This document shows, piece by piece, positions 30,901 through 40,507 of a stretch of 64,000 nt of DNA. The notes beneath the pieces were generated by a model, which ran no database searches, was not told the DNA's origin, and saw only the letters and a list, made by a program, of their open reading frames with translations. This DNA comes from a virus: positions 1-64,000 of IMG/VR virus record IMGVR_UViG_3300027788_000008. One strand, 5' to 3'. Every line of letters starts with the position of its first letter. The first letter of the stretch is position 1. The position numbers were made by a program, and so were the translations under genes.

Positions 30901-31342
30901 CGGAAAACGAAGCACGCGGAACTATACTGATTACTTCGGCGTTCAAACCAAAAAAGAGTATTATGATGTTGTAAATGCAGAGAGTGTGCTTAGATTGAGG
31001 GAGTTTTATATAGATCCGACAACCGTGGTCGCAAAAGACGGCTCCGCAATTACCGACGACGAAAAATTGGGTATATACAGCGAAGAAGTTTTTAACACCG
31101 AAACTGGGATGATGATATCGGACAAGCATTGGAGGTATGATAACGATGGATTTGGTGGAGAGAATGTGAAACGCGCAAAGCTTGCCCAGGAGTGGACATA
31201 CAGCAATGGTGTACCGACATCGAATATTGTCGGGGGTAGTGCGAAATATATTAAAGAAGGCGATCTCTGGGTTAGATATAAATGGTCTGGTGGAACGGGA
31301 TATGATCACTACAATCCCGTAGATGATTGGGTAGTGTATTAA
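24971..31342 (+). CDS. 7: Baseplate wedge gp7 fused to beta-helix and beta-propeller carbohydrate-active-like domains
   Basis: FLQAYY, YRSKGT..S..FFRIFF, FYQLY, VHPAG in the first ~300 aa; between gp6 and gp8. Confidence 0.8.
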   Translation: MSLDKTLTDLNRRDLTFERYDVYDALPEHFDEKYPNLVLFLQAYYKSLEDKTNPVSKIKELMVARDIIQTRAEFLSFIASELLLGKPYFEAFADKRSALQYSSLLYRSKGTEFSIKQFFRIFFSVDIEVNYGRDEMFIIGEPSSEMLEYVGIAAGESMFDYTFPNGDFNIICEVPAALQSTYGEFAQLIAGKHYTVDYSNRKVTLLPHAGLVADDGINTKLGILPTGVRLRIRTELRSYTTIGSDATNKKITDNEFYQLYGLMISTPLSVNIWKDAYKTFVHPAGMFLSGQISLRSIFSYVDVYPKKKDLDTGVIWQISLGLGSMPNATIQPPPPLLIQEMARVMLKQGGYGLHTTSYLEIGPGPNGYRILTRVNDQMDIYSVENWHTQYNNLARADDVNARTLDEESVDGGPTRGPDMSNTINLLDEDVWYYNILHPQTNSPIYGGNFQGVYSTGDLQTVAPTVSGTQAVMLGTLYVDNLTGDDTNPGTSVAPYATIDHAMRSLVPGYTTVLIDNGPSNPYRVHDRPSTDYLYVSNKTGTALNPIILSGDPDSQAHTRNDPDRPTTQYTNAYIVGSLHLTGWYESLTYTDVWEVANPFPDFTSTQLYGCTYTKWTDDGVVGLGRLLPGLAADSLLEGEWWKDSTKLYYKPKVDDVLLGDTAHHLEYSENMIFSLKRIKHMTFDGLSLSHAAGPGIRTAGAGVVRDIDDDLIQVEDWCNDITIQNCFIRETRTGVILSQGSRYIVQDCVILDTQNGGIGLMGSNGNWPNSNYSYPISNTLVQNNIVGRTRNNDGIFYHANSEYVDDVFNDGLGRTDDIGDNHRALNNICFSCAENGFDITSGTSISLEGNITHDNNQVGISVGHYARDVTIRNHQSINDDASQNYGGAFGINDSRNVLIEGAVVTNPGRMCISIRNDAQNIEIKNSTFTSGTDTSRLELIGIFTDESKEYNVSPRGGFQHGLATVPQRPKNITIKDNTFNIAFGGINQNASRNNYFPVFVTLNTLPIRGYNFQITGNTFNTSSNNIAFQPGSTGLNDFGPYKAVNTLPDRDIGGQPTVHVQSANQEFFAAGNFGEGELADIWNFWPTDVTPVGRDGNTSKGLILSGNVKGNLTLYSSAHQLSSHWDAITVEGVNGDPDASYRERTNWTIPTPSQIGTSRAVAYKDTLNANLSAQAEWSGDHRNSAGPIVCVNINTTAFGLSFVWYSGASGTDSFLALFEVGQQSEDLNLVGISAAYPHVDGTSLRLRMDLDQGVLKCYAGIRPVGGSSLVSSTNQSALTLIPLTDAEGGTSFSDTYNVETNSPDLFLATYHGVYLINNQEGGDRDTSIDYVHYPNYLRDLPSPIPAGRYFRTEFTDPDTSRATLDGTPNTLWRLTKDKSIRDYINYHNTQCWSPDGRYICIERWTTGPGSDNYSAAGGKASIEIWIIDLELDKEFRIDSGMAPRWANLSNTLFFVHRTGNGEDVYKTTAPSGLEVKRFVVETGELTTISYGVEELGETNSDDTYLYGVQRYRSSEQQSSGDYLSIPGQERVSVLMEILPDSTSQPVRFGDGTGSRPLPSRNHPVVIMRNKLRGVDQGKPFTPSRTHSDLDGTNMRTGTIFIQAGHQSWNGDGSYHVVGNSQAQGRKWNESYPSDMNKLANARTSDPGPCGHSGRWIVSRGTILDLRTGGHWEMSHGYSKIVYPSGTGDVSEPYDQDAKGSPDGTKVCLVSNFDLESKAVTRPTIPTGRSDDDITVLSTANFPESGDLVFESEVIGYSSKTPTSFKGIERGKYTTKVYGVEAGKPLTLLDSRILAEQDRDASNRPNYMDDTKFNPSSGDLRHQNLTDAYVVVVRKPDAPHLREHPTIIGQIQLIPGENHWETAGYRIFKDGQPLVSGSATIDPGATISLPAGVYTATSVEYNGLEGKISNEITTTTTKTLDILEEIPGDFSWIIELWVVVTDGTPAYTTEALGLAAPEATMIEFHYSEGVISSSLYLNGKRSTRNYTDYFGVQTKKEYYDVVNAESVLRLREFYIDPTTVVAKDGSAITDDEKLGIYSEEVFNTETGMMISDKHWRYDNDGFGGENVKRAKLAQEWTYSNGVPTSNIVGGSAKYIKEGDLWVRYKWSGGTGYDHYNPVDDWVVY

Positions 31343-31398
31343 CTATAAGAGATAAGTTATATAACTTATCCTCTTTAGAAATAAACACCCTGGATGCG

Positions 31399-31406
31399 TA
31401 TAAATA
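31399..31406 (+). promoter_or_regulatory. Late promoter
   Basis: TATAAATA before gp8. Confidence 0.8.
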
Positions 31407-31439
31407 AACACATAGATAGAAATTAAGGACACTATAATA

Positions 31440-32990
31440 ATGACAGCGACAATTACCGATAGAATAAAACGTGAGATGTTGAAGAAAGTATTCGACAGAA
31501 CACAGAACATTGGCATTGAAGTAAATACGGATTCTGACCGCCACTTTCTGGCCATTGGACGTTGTAGCGAATGGCCTGATGAAGCAGATCCACCCACACC
31601 GACTTCTGCTGCGGATGAAGAATTGAAATTTCGTTCAAGCATACAGGCAATGAAACTAATTACCGATGTGTCATATGTTGTTCCGAGACACTCTTGGAAT
31701 TCTGGTAACTTCTATGAGGCATGGTCTACGCAGTATAACTCTAATACAACTATAGGTGCCACAACTGGCAATAGTATTATTCCTAACCCCTACTATGTTC
31801 TAACTGACGAAAACAATGTCTTCATTTGTGTGCAACAAGGCAAGACTGTCTCTGGTGTTGCCCGTCCATCTTTATATAAACCAACTAACACAGCAGATGG
31901 GGTGTTTCCCGCAGGTGATGATGGATACTTTTGGAAGTACATGTACAATATTGGTGCAGAGTTATCTCGAAAGTTTTTAACATCAGCATATATGCCAGTA
32001 GAGCGCATTGTTGATCTCGCCTATGGCGGCCCGAGTGCCGACGACCTATCTATATCCCGACTAAACCAAAGATCGATTCAGGCAGGAGCAATACCTGGAC
32101 AACTAATAGGAATTGCAATAGATAATCCTGGACGGGATTATGTATCGCCACCCACCATAACTATAAAAGGTGTCCCACGCAAAGGTGTTATCGCCAAAGG
32201 GACCACGAACCTCAGCAAGGACGGACACCCCGTCGCCACGGGAGCTATTGCCGCCGCCAAGATTAATGACGGAGGAATATCTGATGTTATTATGAAAAAC
32301 GCTTTCGTAGATACTGCCTTTACTTTCGGTCAAAATTACACCGACGCATCTATATTCGTCAGCGGTGGGGGTGGAAGTGGTGCAGTATTGCGCGCAATCG
32401 TTTCTCATGACTCTGGCATGGGTGGCAACCCAATCATTGACTTAAATTCAACTGCCCTTATGTTCACCACTCAACTCACTGGCAGTGAGAATGAAGATTT
32501 CCCAACCACAAATGACTTCCGCCAGATTGGTATAATACGCAACCCACATAGAGATTCTGCTCAGTATGGTAGTTTTCCTCTAACGGGTGAAGACTCTTAT
32601 GCTAGAGCATCAACTCTGCGAGCATCTAAAGCACTACATGTTACTACTACCACCCTGAATGCCATAAATATAACTGGTGACCAGTCTGTCAGTCAAGTTA
32701 GTAGTCCATCCGTTAACGCAACCATAGACTATTACGATGGAAACGGTATCTTGTATGTTCATCAAACAAGAGAAACTGGATATATGCCATTCGACAGCAA
32801 CTCAGACGTGACGGTGTCTGGTGGCGGTGGAAGCGCAACCACGATTGCTAACGCAGTCAACGATATGCCAATACTGCGCCCTGCTGAGGTTGATAATTTC
32901 TCCGGAGAGATATTATACATAGATAATAGAACAGCAGTTTCTCGCGATGCAGATCAAACAGAAGATATCAAGGTTGTAATTGACCTCTAA
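31440..32990 (+). CDS. 8: Baseplate wedge gp8
   Basis: DGYFWKYMY, DFRQIGIIRNP, SGEILYIDNR, QTEDIKVVI. Confidence 0.9.
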   Translation: MTATITDRIKREMLKKVFDRTQNIGIEVNTDSDRHFLAIGRCSEWPDEADPPTPTSAADEELKFRSSIQAMKLITDVSYVVPRHSWNSGNFYEAWSTQYNSNTTIGATTGNSIIPNPYYVLTDENNVFICVQQGKTVSGVARPSLYKPTNTADGVFPAGDDGYFWKYMYNIGAELSRKFLTSAYMPVERIVDLAYGGPSADDLSISRLNQRSIQAGAIPGQLIGIAIDNPGRDYVSPPTITIKGVPRKGVIAKGTTNLSKDGHPVATGAIAAAKINDGGISDVIMKNAFVDTAFTFGQNYTDASIFVSGGGGSGAVLRAIVSHDSGMGGNPIIDLNSTALMFTTQLTGSENEDFPTTNDFRQIGIIRNPHRDSAQYGSFPLTGEDSYARASTLRASKALHVTTTTLNAINITGDQSVSQVSSPSVNATIDYYDGNGILYVHQTRETGYMPFDSNSDVTVSGGGGSATTIANAVNDMPILRPAEVDNFSGEILYIDNRTAVSRDADQTEDIKVVIDL

Positions 32991-33002
32991 AGGAAATTAA
33001 GA

Positions 33003-36000
33003 ATGGCAAACCAGTTTACAGGATCAACATTTTCAGGAACATATAAAGACGACTTTTTGGATAGCGCAGGTTATCACAAAATCCTCTTCAATTCTGGACG
33101 TGCACTTCAAGGAAGAGAGTTAAACCAATTACAGACTATTCTGCAAAGACAGATAACTCGTATGGCAAACAACCTCTTCATGGACGGTGCTGCTGTTTCG
33201 CCGAAGTCATCGGGCGCAGGCACCGACATAGTGGATTATGTTATTGTTGAGCGGTTATTTGTTCCCGATGAAGATTACATTGGTGCTGTGTTTAGGGGAG
33301 AAGCAGGAATAGGAACAGGTGGACTTGTTTTTCAAGTATCACATATTGAACCTGCTCCCGACATAGACGCAAATTTAAACGCGAAAGCGTTGTATGGACG
33401 TTATCTTTCTGCTGGACAAGAAGTCACCAATAGTGATGTGCAGACTTCTTTTTTAACATTCAACGATCAAGAGAAATTGACAAATATATCGCACAGCGGT
33501 GCTGGTCTTCTGGCTTCGGTTTATGTGAGAACACAACCTGCTCCGAGTAGTACCCAATCTACAGGTAAAGGCGTCCTCTTTTCTATGCAACGTGCTGATT
33601 TCTATACACAAGGTCACTTCGTTCATGTTTCTAAACAAACGATTGCAATCTCTAAGTTCACCAATTACGCCGACGCTCAAGTCGGTTTCCAAGTTAAACA
33701 AGATATAGTCACAACTGCTGACGATGATGCACTATATGATAATCAAGGCACACGCCCCAACCTTTCTAGTCCAGGTGCAGATCGTTACCGTATTAGGATG
33801 ATCTTGGCCACGCGTGAATCTGTTCCCGATGAAGAAGACTTCGTTACATTCGCTACTGTTCGTGCTTCTAAGATTATACAGATCAAAGAAGGAACTGACA
33901 ACTTCAATCAGAACGAAAGTCGTATGGCAAAACGCCACTTTGATACCCACGGAAACTTTATTGTCAATGACTTCGATATACAGTTCAATGATGCAGACGA
34001 CATTAATAGTTTACTGTATGAAGTGCCAGCTGTACAAAATGGGGTTGCTCCGATTGCCTTCCTTGACGGATATCGTCTCCAACATCAAATCCCTGCTCAG
34101 TTTGTAATTCCAAAACCTCTCACCTATGTAGCAGAGCAGGCCCAGAAACTGGAGGTTGGTTATAAAAACTATATATCTTTGGGTTATGACACTAGAGATA
34201 TAAACTTATCACAACTTGATTTTGGAAACGCAACGGACGCCCCAGGTTCTAGATATTCGGTGAATCATTCCATAGACTTGATCGATTCTGATGGTGTTGA
34301 TGGTCTCGGCGGCAATGTTGTTGGTACTGCCCACCTGAAGACCCTCGTTTCTACAGGAAGGTTAGACTCAGATGCTTACCGTGTATACCTGAAAGATATA
34401 TCTATGGATCCTGGTAAGAATTTCCGTCTGGTAAGGAAACTTCGATCGAGCACAGGCGACGGTTCGGTGTCTTCGCTGAACGCTTTGATGCACCTCGACA
34501 CCCCTCTTGACGGGATTATCCCAACTAATCTTGGCGGCAACTCGCTGGGACACAATGGTAATCTGTATATCACCGAACCCCAAATAAACACCAGTTTGTT
34601 CCGAGTTCCTGGTGGTCGTGTCAAATCATTGATTCCGACAAAGATACCTGTGCAACGCATGGCACAACAGGAAATTGTAGCAGGCACCGACGCAGATGCC
34701 AACGCAATTCTTAAACTGACACTAACATGTTTCAGTGGCGAATCCTTTATCGATACAGCAAACTGGATCATAATTAACAACACCACGAGTGCCGTCATTG
34801 ATATACCGTTTGCTGACATCGACACAAGTGCCGCCAACAATGTGATAATAACTGTCCCTTCTGCGAATGGTGTAGTTGCTACTGATATATGCCAGATAAT
34901 ATACTATGTAGAGAAAAGCGGAGAAACTGGACTCTCCCCAAAAACAAAAACATATACAGAGGCATGGGCCCCATTCACCCGCACTGCTGGCGAAGATACA
35001 TTCAAGGCTGAGATCGCTGGTTATTCAACCCTCTTTGATGGAATAGAGTTGGTGAAAGCACGCGAACGCGGCATTTGGATCTCCGGCCACCCAGATTGGA
35101 TAGATAACAGTGGTTTTGGACCGACCAGCGAAGAGCATGATACATACGAGTCCTTTATGGGACCAGAAGTGACGCACCAGTTGACTTTTGACGGTGGACA
35201 GAGAGACAACTTCTATGGCCCAATCCAGATAAAGGCAGATGGTGTCCAGGATCATGTTCTGGTTATTTATGCGAAAGTTGCATACTTTACACACAGTGCA
35301 ACCGGAGATTATTTCTCTGCCAATTCTTATGTCCTCGATGATGAATTTGCTTATGCAGACATACCATCATTTACATCAAAATCCACCGGAGAATTTTTTC
35401 AACTGCATGACTGTATAGACTTCCGTGGCACTAAGAGCAAAAACCTCACCAGTGCGCTCTTAGGTTCGACTCTCGAAATTCCTCGAGACGGTGGCCTTAT
35501 CGAGTATGACGTGGAATTCTACAACTCTCGTGTAGACCACGTTGCATTGACATATGATGAGTCCTTTAAACCTCAGATAGTTATCAACCAAGGGGAGGAA
35601 TCCCAGAATGTAGTATCTCCAGGAGAGGTGCAAAACCAGATGGTCTTGTTTGATATCTTACTTCCTGGAAACACGAAAGGTGCCACTGACATTATGTTTA
35701 ACCGTCGAGAATATCGCGGATATCAGATGAGCGACATAGAGGCAATTTCACGAAGAGTTTCCAGGGTTGAAGAGACTACATCTCTGAATGCCCTAGAAAA
35801 TGAAGCAAGCAACCTTGTTGAACTCGCACCAGATGGAACTTTACGGTCGAAGACAGGTCTCTTTGTAGATGACTTTGCGAAAGGCATGGCTCTGACAGCA
35901 TCAACAATAGGCAATGACTTCCTCGATGATCCTTCTTTTGCAACTTCTTCCTATGATGAGGACACTAATACAGTCCACGGAAAGTTAGCACTAGAGAGCA

Positions 36001-38987
36001 TTGGGTTCCAATATGACGTCGCCGGAGACAAAATAGGGATTCGTGGTGCTGGGGTATCTGGACTGCCAAGTAATTCTGGACTAGTTGTCAAAACAGAAAA
36101 CCTTCTACTTGAATACGATCATGTGTGCGACCCCTCTATGAAACAAGAAATGATTTCTTGGAAAAGTGGAGATGATGCTGAGGAGCATGGTTATTATAAT
36201 GTCAACCCATTCAATGTATTTCTAGGAGAAGGCATGCTGCGCCTGCGCCCAGCATCCGACACATGGTTCGACCAACGCCGACTACCAGATCTGCACACAA
36301 ATGCCTCGCCAATCTATAAGCAAATCGGAGAAAAACTGGTACCAAGGACGATTACCATGACCCGCACAGCAACGCGCACCTGGATCCTCGCGCGTGGCCG
36401 CCGCATACCCAGAGGTAGGCATGGGGTGTTCGAAGAACAGACCATGAGAACTCAAACCGTCGTTGGCGTAGCTACTCTTTCGCAAGCAGTCGAGAACGAA
36501 TTCGTCTCCAGCCAGTCATCCACTATCAAGACCGGAGAGAGGAGAGTCGCGGTACTCTCTATCCCATTTATGCGTCAAAAGAGAGTATTCGCATCTGCAG
36601 AAGGTCTGCGTCCAAATACCCGTTACTGGCCATTTATGCGTGGCATAAATATGTCACAGTGGTGTATCGACCTCGGTAAGACAGCACACGCGTCTGCACT
36701 ATTGGCTGGAAAACATAGGACCGCACTAGCACCCACAAACGTAAATATGGTTCGATGTCCAGGTACTATTACGTCTGGAATCAACGCCAACCAAAAACTG
36801 ATAACCGACGCAAACGGCGAATTGTATTTCCAGTTATGGATCCCGAACACTGCTCGAGTTTCAGTTCCTAATTCCACCCAGTTCAACACACAGCAGGAAT
36901 GGCAGAAATGGCAGAATAATCAAAAAAGATATGCCAGTACCTATGGCGCGAATTCAGCAGCTGCTATGAATGCGAATGGATGGAAATTCCGTTGCGGCAC
37001 AGCACCAATTAAACTTCTTGATATATCTGTTAACAATGAATCTGATGCACTCTCGCTTGCGCGCACAACTTTTACATCCACGGGAAGTGTGAACGTTATG
37101 CAATCATCCTTCCTTACCACTCGCACAATCTCCTACAAGAACGTTTTTGGTGAAGCTGACGTCACTGGTAGCGTCACCACGACTAATAACGACTGGGTTA
37201 GATGGGTACCAAGAGACCCACTGGCCCAGACGTTCACGGTGGACGGTGGAGAAGGTGTTCCTGGTGTATTTGTGACGAAGATAGACATCTTCTTACATAA
37301 GGCACCAAGGACTGCCACAAATGGAGGACAAGACTTATCGATACCTCTTCAACTCCAATTACGCCCTGTCATTGCAGGTGTCCCAGACCGCGAGATCGTC
37401 AGCGAACAGCACAGTGTCTATAAAACTGCTGATGAGTGCTGGAGTGCTATCAATGGACAAACGCAAACTCTCGCTAAAAATCAAGGCGGCCCACTGGAAC
37501 ACCCAGTCACCTTTGAATTCAAAGAACCAGTCTATCTGCGTTCTGGTGATGAGTATGCATTCGTACTATTGGCCGAAACAGACAACTATGAAGCATATGT
37601 CGCTTCTACATATGATTTGATTTTGGGTTCTACTTCAAAACGTGTGAACAAGCAACCAGCGAATGGTTCTTTGTTCCTTTCACAGAATGGTTCCACATGG
37701 ACTCCAAAGCAGAATCAAGATATGGCATATCGTATCTACACTGCAAAGTTCAAATCTGAGGGTAGAGCAAACTTCTACAGCAACCCAATTGAGAAACATC
37801 GCCACAACTACGATACAAGTCTTTCTGTCGACACTAGTAACCTAAACCGCTTCCGTGTATCCCACCAAGGTCATGGTCTTGGTGTAGGTGACAAGGTTGG
37901 TATGGAAGGTCTCCCCAATTTTGCTGATAACCTCGAAGGTGATGCATCAAAATATTATGGTGTATTGGGTCGTTCTATAATAAATTCTACTAATGTAGTT
38001 GAAGATCCGGACGTTAATGGATACTATGTTACACTTGATTCTGCGTTCGACGCCCAATCTGGCACCTTCGGTTCAACATCATTAGAGACCAATAGAGGTT
38101 TCCCGATTGATGTTGCAGTATTGAACTATCAAGACTTGCTGGTGGAAGAAACTACAATAAAGTATACTTCTAACTTTATTAGCGGTTTCAGTCACTCAAA
38201 TGGTGCACTAAGTGGATCCCAAGACCTGCGCTTTACTGAAGACCCCAGCGACACTATTATGCAAAATGGAACAAACCTGTTTTTCGATACCCCGAAGTAT
38301 GTTGGAAACTTGAATCAAGAATGGTACAGTATCGCACCCCTCAACGACTCTGCGGCCTCCATTGTGATCAGCGCGGAGTTTTCTTCTACACAAACATCGA
38401 CATTTGGAGACCCCACCCCAGCACAGACTGCATCTGGATATGTTTCTGACGTTTCTCCGATGATAGATATGCAGTCAATAAATATGCTTCTAGTCAACAA
38501 CGTCGTAGATAACCAAGTCCTTGCCGATATCGACAATGCAGATACTGCTCTTGGCGGTCGCAACAAACCAGCAAACTTTGTTCCTGAGACTGCCCCATTA
38601 TCAGGCACATCTGCATCGAAGCACATAACAAAGGTTGTCACTTTGAAGCAAGCAGCGAAAGGTCTGCGTATACTGGTTGATGCTTACAAACCACCTGCCG
38701 CAGATTTAGATCTATATTATAGAGTTGGGACAGAATTAGATGATAACCTGTATGAAAGAGATTGGGTTCTACTTCCTAGTCAGAACACACCACCTTCTGC
38801 ATTGCGGAATGCAGAAGTGGAGCAGATGACGTTTGCTGAGTACCGATACCTTGCTGGAATTGGACAAACTTCGACCTCAGCAGACTTAGATGACTTCGTC
38901 ACCTTCCAAGTAAAGGTTGTACTGCGTACCACAAACACCTGTGAGTCCCCTGTGATAAACTCTATTCGTGCCATTGCTCTAATATAA
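33003..38987 (+). CDS. Large virion structural protein (DUF4815/VrlC-like)
   Basis: YKDDF, GRALQGRELNQLQ, PGADRY, RV..VE..TSL, DPLAQTF, LFLSQNGSTW. Confidence 0.85.
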   Translation: MANQFTGSTFSGTYKDDFLDSAGYHKILFNSGRALQGRELNQLQTILQRQITRMANNLFMDGAAVSPKSSGAGTDIVDYVIVERLFVPDEDYIGAVFRGEAGIGTGGLVFQVSHIEPAPDIDANLNAKALYGRYLSAGQEVTNSDVQTSFLTFNDQEKLTNISHSGAGLLASVYVRTQPAPSSTQSTGKGVLFSMQRADFYTQGHFVHVSKQTIAISKFTNYADAQVGFQVKQDIVTTADDDALYDNQGTRPNLSSPGADRYRIRMILATRESVPDEEDFVTFATVRASKIIQIKEGTDNFNQNESRMAKRHFDTHGNFIVNDFDIQFNDADDINSLLYEVPAVQNGVAPIAFLDGYRLQHQIPAQFVIPKPLTYVAEQAQKLEVGYKNYISLGYDTRDINLSQLDFGNATDAPGSRYSVNHSIDLIDSDGVDGLGGNVVGTAHLKTLVSTGRLDSDAYRVYLKDISMDPGKNFRLVRKLRSSTGDGSVSSLNALMHLDTPLDGIIPTNLGGNSLGHNGNLYITEPQINTSLFRVPGGRVKSLIPTKIPVQRMAQQEIVAGTDADANAILKLTLTCFSGESFIDTANWIIINNTTSAVIDIPFADIDTSAANNVIITVPSANGVVATDICQIIYYVEKSGETGLSPKTKTYTEAWAPFTRTAGEDTFKAEIAGYSTLFDGIELVKARERGIWISGHPDWIDNSGFGPTSEEHDTYESFMGPEVTHQLTFDGGQRDNFYGPIQIKADGVQDHVLVIYAKVAYFTHSATGDYFSANSYVLDDEFAYADIPSFTSKSTGEFFQLHDCIDFRGTKSKNLTSALLGSTLEIPRDGGLIEYDVEFYNSRVDHVALTYDESFKPQIVINQGEESQNVVSPGEVQNQMVLFDILLPGNTKGATDIMFNRREYRGYQMSDIEAISRRVSRVEETTSLNALENEASNLVELAPDGTLRSKTGLFVDDFAKGMALTASTIGNDFLDDPSFATSSYDEDTNTVHGKLALESIGFQYDVAGDKIGIRGAGVSGLPSNSGLVVKTENLLLEYDHVCDPSMKQEMISWKSGDDAEEHGYYNVNPFNVFLGEGMLRLRPASDTWFDQRRLPDLHTNASPIYKQIGEKLVPRTITMTRTATRTWILARGRRIPRGRHGVFEEQTMRTQTVVGVATLSQAVENEFVSSQSSTIKTGERRVAVLSIPFMRQKRVFASAEGLRPNTRYWPFMRGINMSQWCIDLGKTAHASALLAGKHRTALAPTNVNMVRCPGTITSGINANQKLITDANGELYFQLWIPNTARVSVPNSTQFNTQQEWQKWQNNQKRYASTYGANSAAAMNANGWKFRCGTAPIKLLDISVNNESDALSLARTTFTSTGSVNVMQSSFLTTRTISYKNVFGEADVTGSVTTTNNDWVRWVPRDPLAQTFTVDGGEGVPGVFVTKIDIFLHKAPRTATNGGQDLSIPLQLQLRPVIAGVPDREIVSEQHSVYKTADECWSAINGQTQTLAKNQGGPLEHPVTFEFKEPVYLRSGDEYAFVLLAETDNYEAYVASTYDLILGSTSKRVNKQPANGSLFLSQNGSTWTPKQNQDMAYRIYTAKFKSEGRANFYSNPIEKHRHNYDTSLSVDTSNLNRFRVSHQGHGLGVGDKVGMEGLPNFADNLEGDASKYYGVLGRSIINSTNVVEDPDVNGYYVTLDSAFDAQSGTFGSTSLETNRGFPIDVAVLNYQDLLVEETTIKYTSNFISGFSHSNGALSGSQDLRFTEDPSDTIMQNGTNLFFDTPKYVGNLNQEWYSIAPLNDSAASIVISAEFSSTQTSTFGDPTPAQTASGYVSDVSPMIDMQSINMLLVNNVVDNQVLADIDNADTALGGRNKPANFVPETAPLSGTSASKHITKVVTLKQAAKGLRILVDAYKPPAADLDLYYRVGTELDDNLYERDWVLLPSQNTPPSALRNAEVEQMTFAEYRYLAGIGQTSTSADLDDFVTFQVKVVLRTTNTCESPVINSIRAIALI

Positions 38988-39214
38988 TGTCCAGCAGATA
39001 CATAAAAGTTGAGGGACATTCTGGTTGGTATAAGGACATAGAAACAGGAACTATTATAAATACAAACGAACAAGAGATTTCCATTGCCAGAGCAACTAGA
39101 GAAAATTATCTAAAACGAAAGAATGTGCAAGACAAATTAGAAAATGATGTCTCTTCTTTAAGAAGTGAGATCTCGGAACTAAAAAAACTTATACAAGGGA
39201 TGATAGGAAAATAA
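38987..39214 (+). CDS. Conserved small coiled-coil protein
   Basis: KVEGH...D..TGTIIN; heptad C-terminus. Confidence 0.75.
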   Translation: MSSRYIKVEGHSGWYKDIETGTIINTNEQEISIARATRENYLKRKNVQDKLENDVSSLRSEISELKKLIQGMIGK

Positions 39215-39215
39215 A

Positions 39216-40499
39216 ATGGCATCAATTCTATGGCAACCAATACCACAACCTGTTTATCAAACAACAGACACTTTCCAACAATTAGTCAATAAACTAAATG
39301 ATGGAAGAATGCAACTCGACTCCGACTTATCCTATCTTGACTCTGCGATTGGTCCATTTCAAGAAGGTTCTACCTTTGAGAAAGTATACGGACTAACAAC
39401 AACTGCGTACACCCTTATTGATGCAATACGGGAACTTGATGAAGACCTACATGGACAAGGCGGCGGCACCTTTTCTACTATGACAACCACTAACTCAAGT
39501 AATGTTGTGGGTGCCATCAATGAAATCGAAGCAGTATTTGATGCGAGTCAGGGTAGAATCGACACCACAGGTCCACTCACCTCAACGTCAAACGGTGATA
39601 CTTCCTTCTCACCCACAGGAGACTTCCTCGTTGATGCTACTGGCAGCATAATTTTTGATACTGATGACAATACTGTTGTTCTTAGGGATGGTAGCACAGT
39701 AGATGATGCTCCGGTCAACCGTTTTACTTACACCCTTGGTGGATCTAATGTATTGGATGTCATTGGAAATTACACGATGACCTCCACAGGTGATATACAC
39801 ATTGAATCACAAAGCGGAGACTTTGAATTACGCAATGCCGGCCCACTGTTTGATGGCGTTGGCGCTGGTGTTGTCACAACCACCCTGAGCACCACCACCA
39901 ACCATCATAAGGTCATCACTCCCACACATACTACCTTGAAGGGAGGAGGAAACATATATCTTTCGCCCCTTGGTACGGGTGCTGGCCAGGATGAAGGTTT
40001 AGTTATCTTGACAGACGTCAACGAAAATACAATCTACAGTTTTAAGGTAGTTGATGTCACCGCTCTCGATGAAAATAACGACCTTATCAATTCCACTGCA
40101 GAATTTACCATTAATGGACCAAGCGCAAGGATAAAGAATAGTTCTGGTCCGCTCGAGGTTAGATCATCCGGATCGATCACGTTACGCTCTGCCACAGGAG
40201 AAATTCTTCTCGACAATAATGGGACGAGGTTAGCAAATTTTACTGATGCTAGTGGACATCTAAAGGTCAATTCGGGATCCACTGGTCGCAATGCTCTTCG
40301 TTTCTATGACGCTGATAACGGTGAAGATGTAGGACAAACGAATCTTCAGGTTTATGGCATGATCACCCTGCCAGACACTGGTGCAGGTAGTATAAGTAGT
40401 AGTGAGATAACTTCCAACACAGTGCATGGCGCGATAGACGAGGTGAATGCTCGTATTCCCACTGTCTACAACGCCGCTGGCGTCGCTCTGAACGCATAG
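39216..40499 (+). CDS. Fibre/whisker-like structural protein
   Basis: TDTFQQLVNKLN start; three T..(v)gAI(n/d)E repeats; beta-rich body. Confidence 0.6.
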   Translation: MASILWQPIPQPVYQTTDTFQQLVNKLNDGRMQLDSDLSYLDSAIGPFQEGSTFEKVYGLTTTAYTLIDAIRELDEDLHGQGGGTFSTMTTTNSSNVVGAINEIEAVFDASQGRIDTTGPLTSTSNGDTSFSPTGDFLVDATGSIIFDTDDNTVVLRDGSTVDDAPVNRFTYTLGGSNVLDVIGNYTMTSTGDIHIESQSGDFELRNAGPLFDGVGAGVVTTTLSTTTNHHKVITPTHTTLKGGGNIYLSPLGTGAGQDEGLVILTDVNENTIYSFKVVDVTALDENNDLINSTAEFTINGPSARIKNSSGPLEVRSSGSITLRSATGEILLDNNGTRLANFTDASGHLKVNSGSTGRNALRFYDADNGEDVGQTNLQVYGMITLPDTGAGSISSSEITSNTVHGAIDEVNARIPTVYNAAGVALNA

Positions 40500-40507
40500 G
40501 TTTATAA

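Noticed and set aside
31351-31370. loxP-like recombination site (ATAACTT)
   Set aside because: Only 7 bp match, there is no spacer between the arms, and no recombinase is present.
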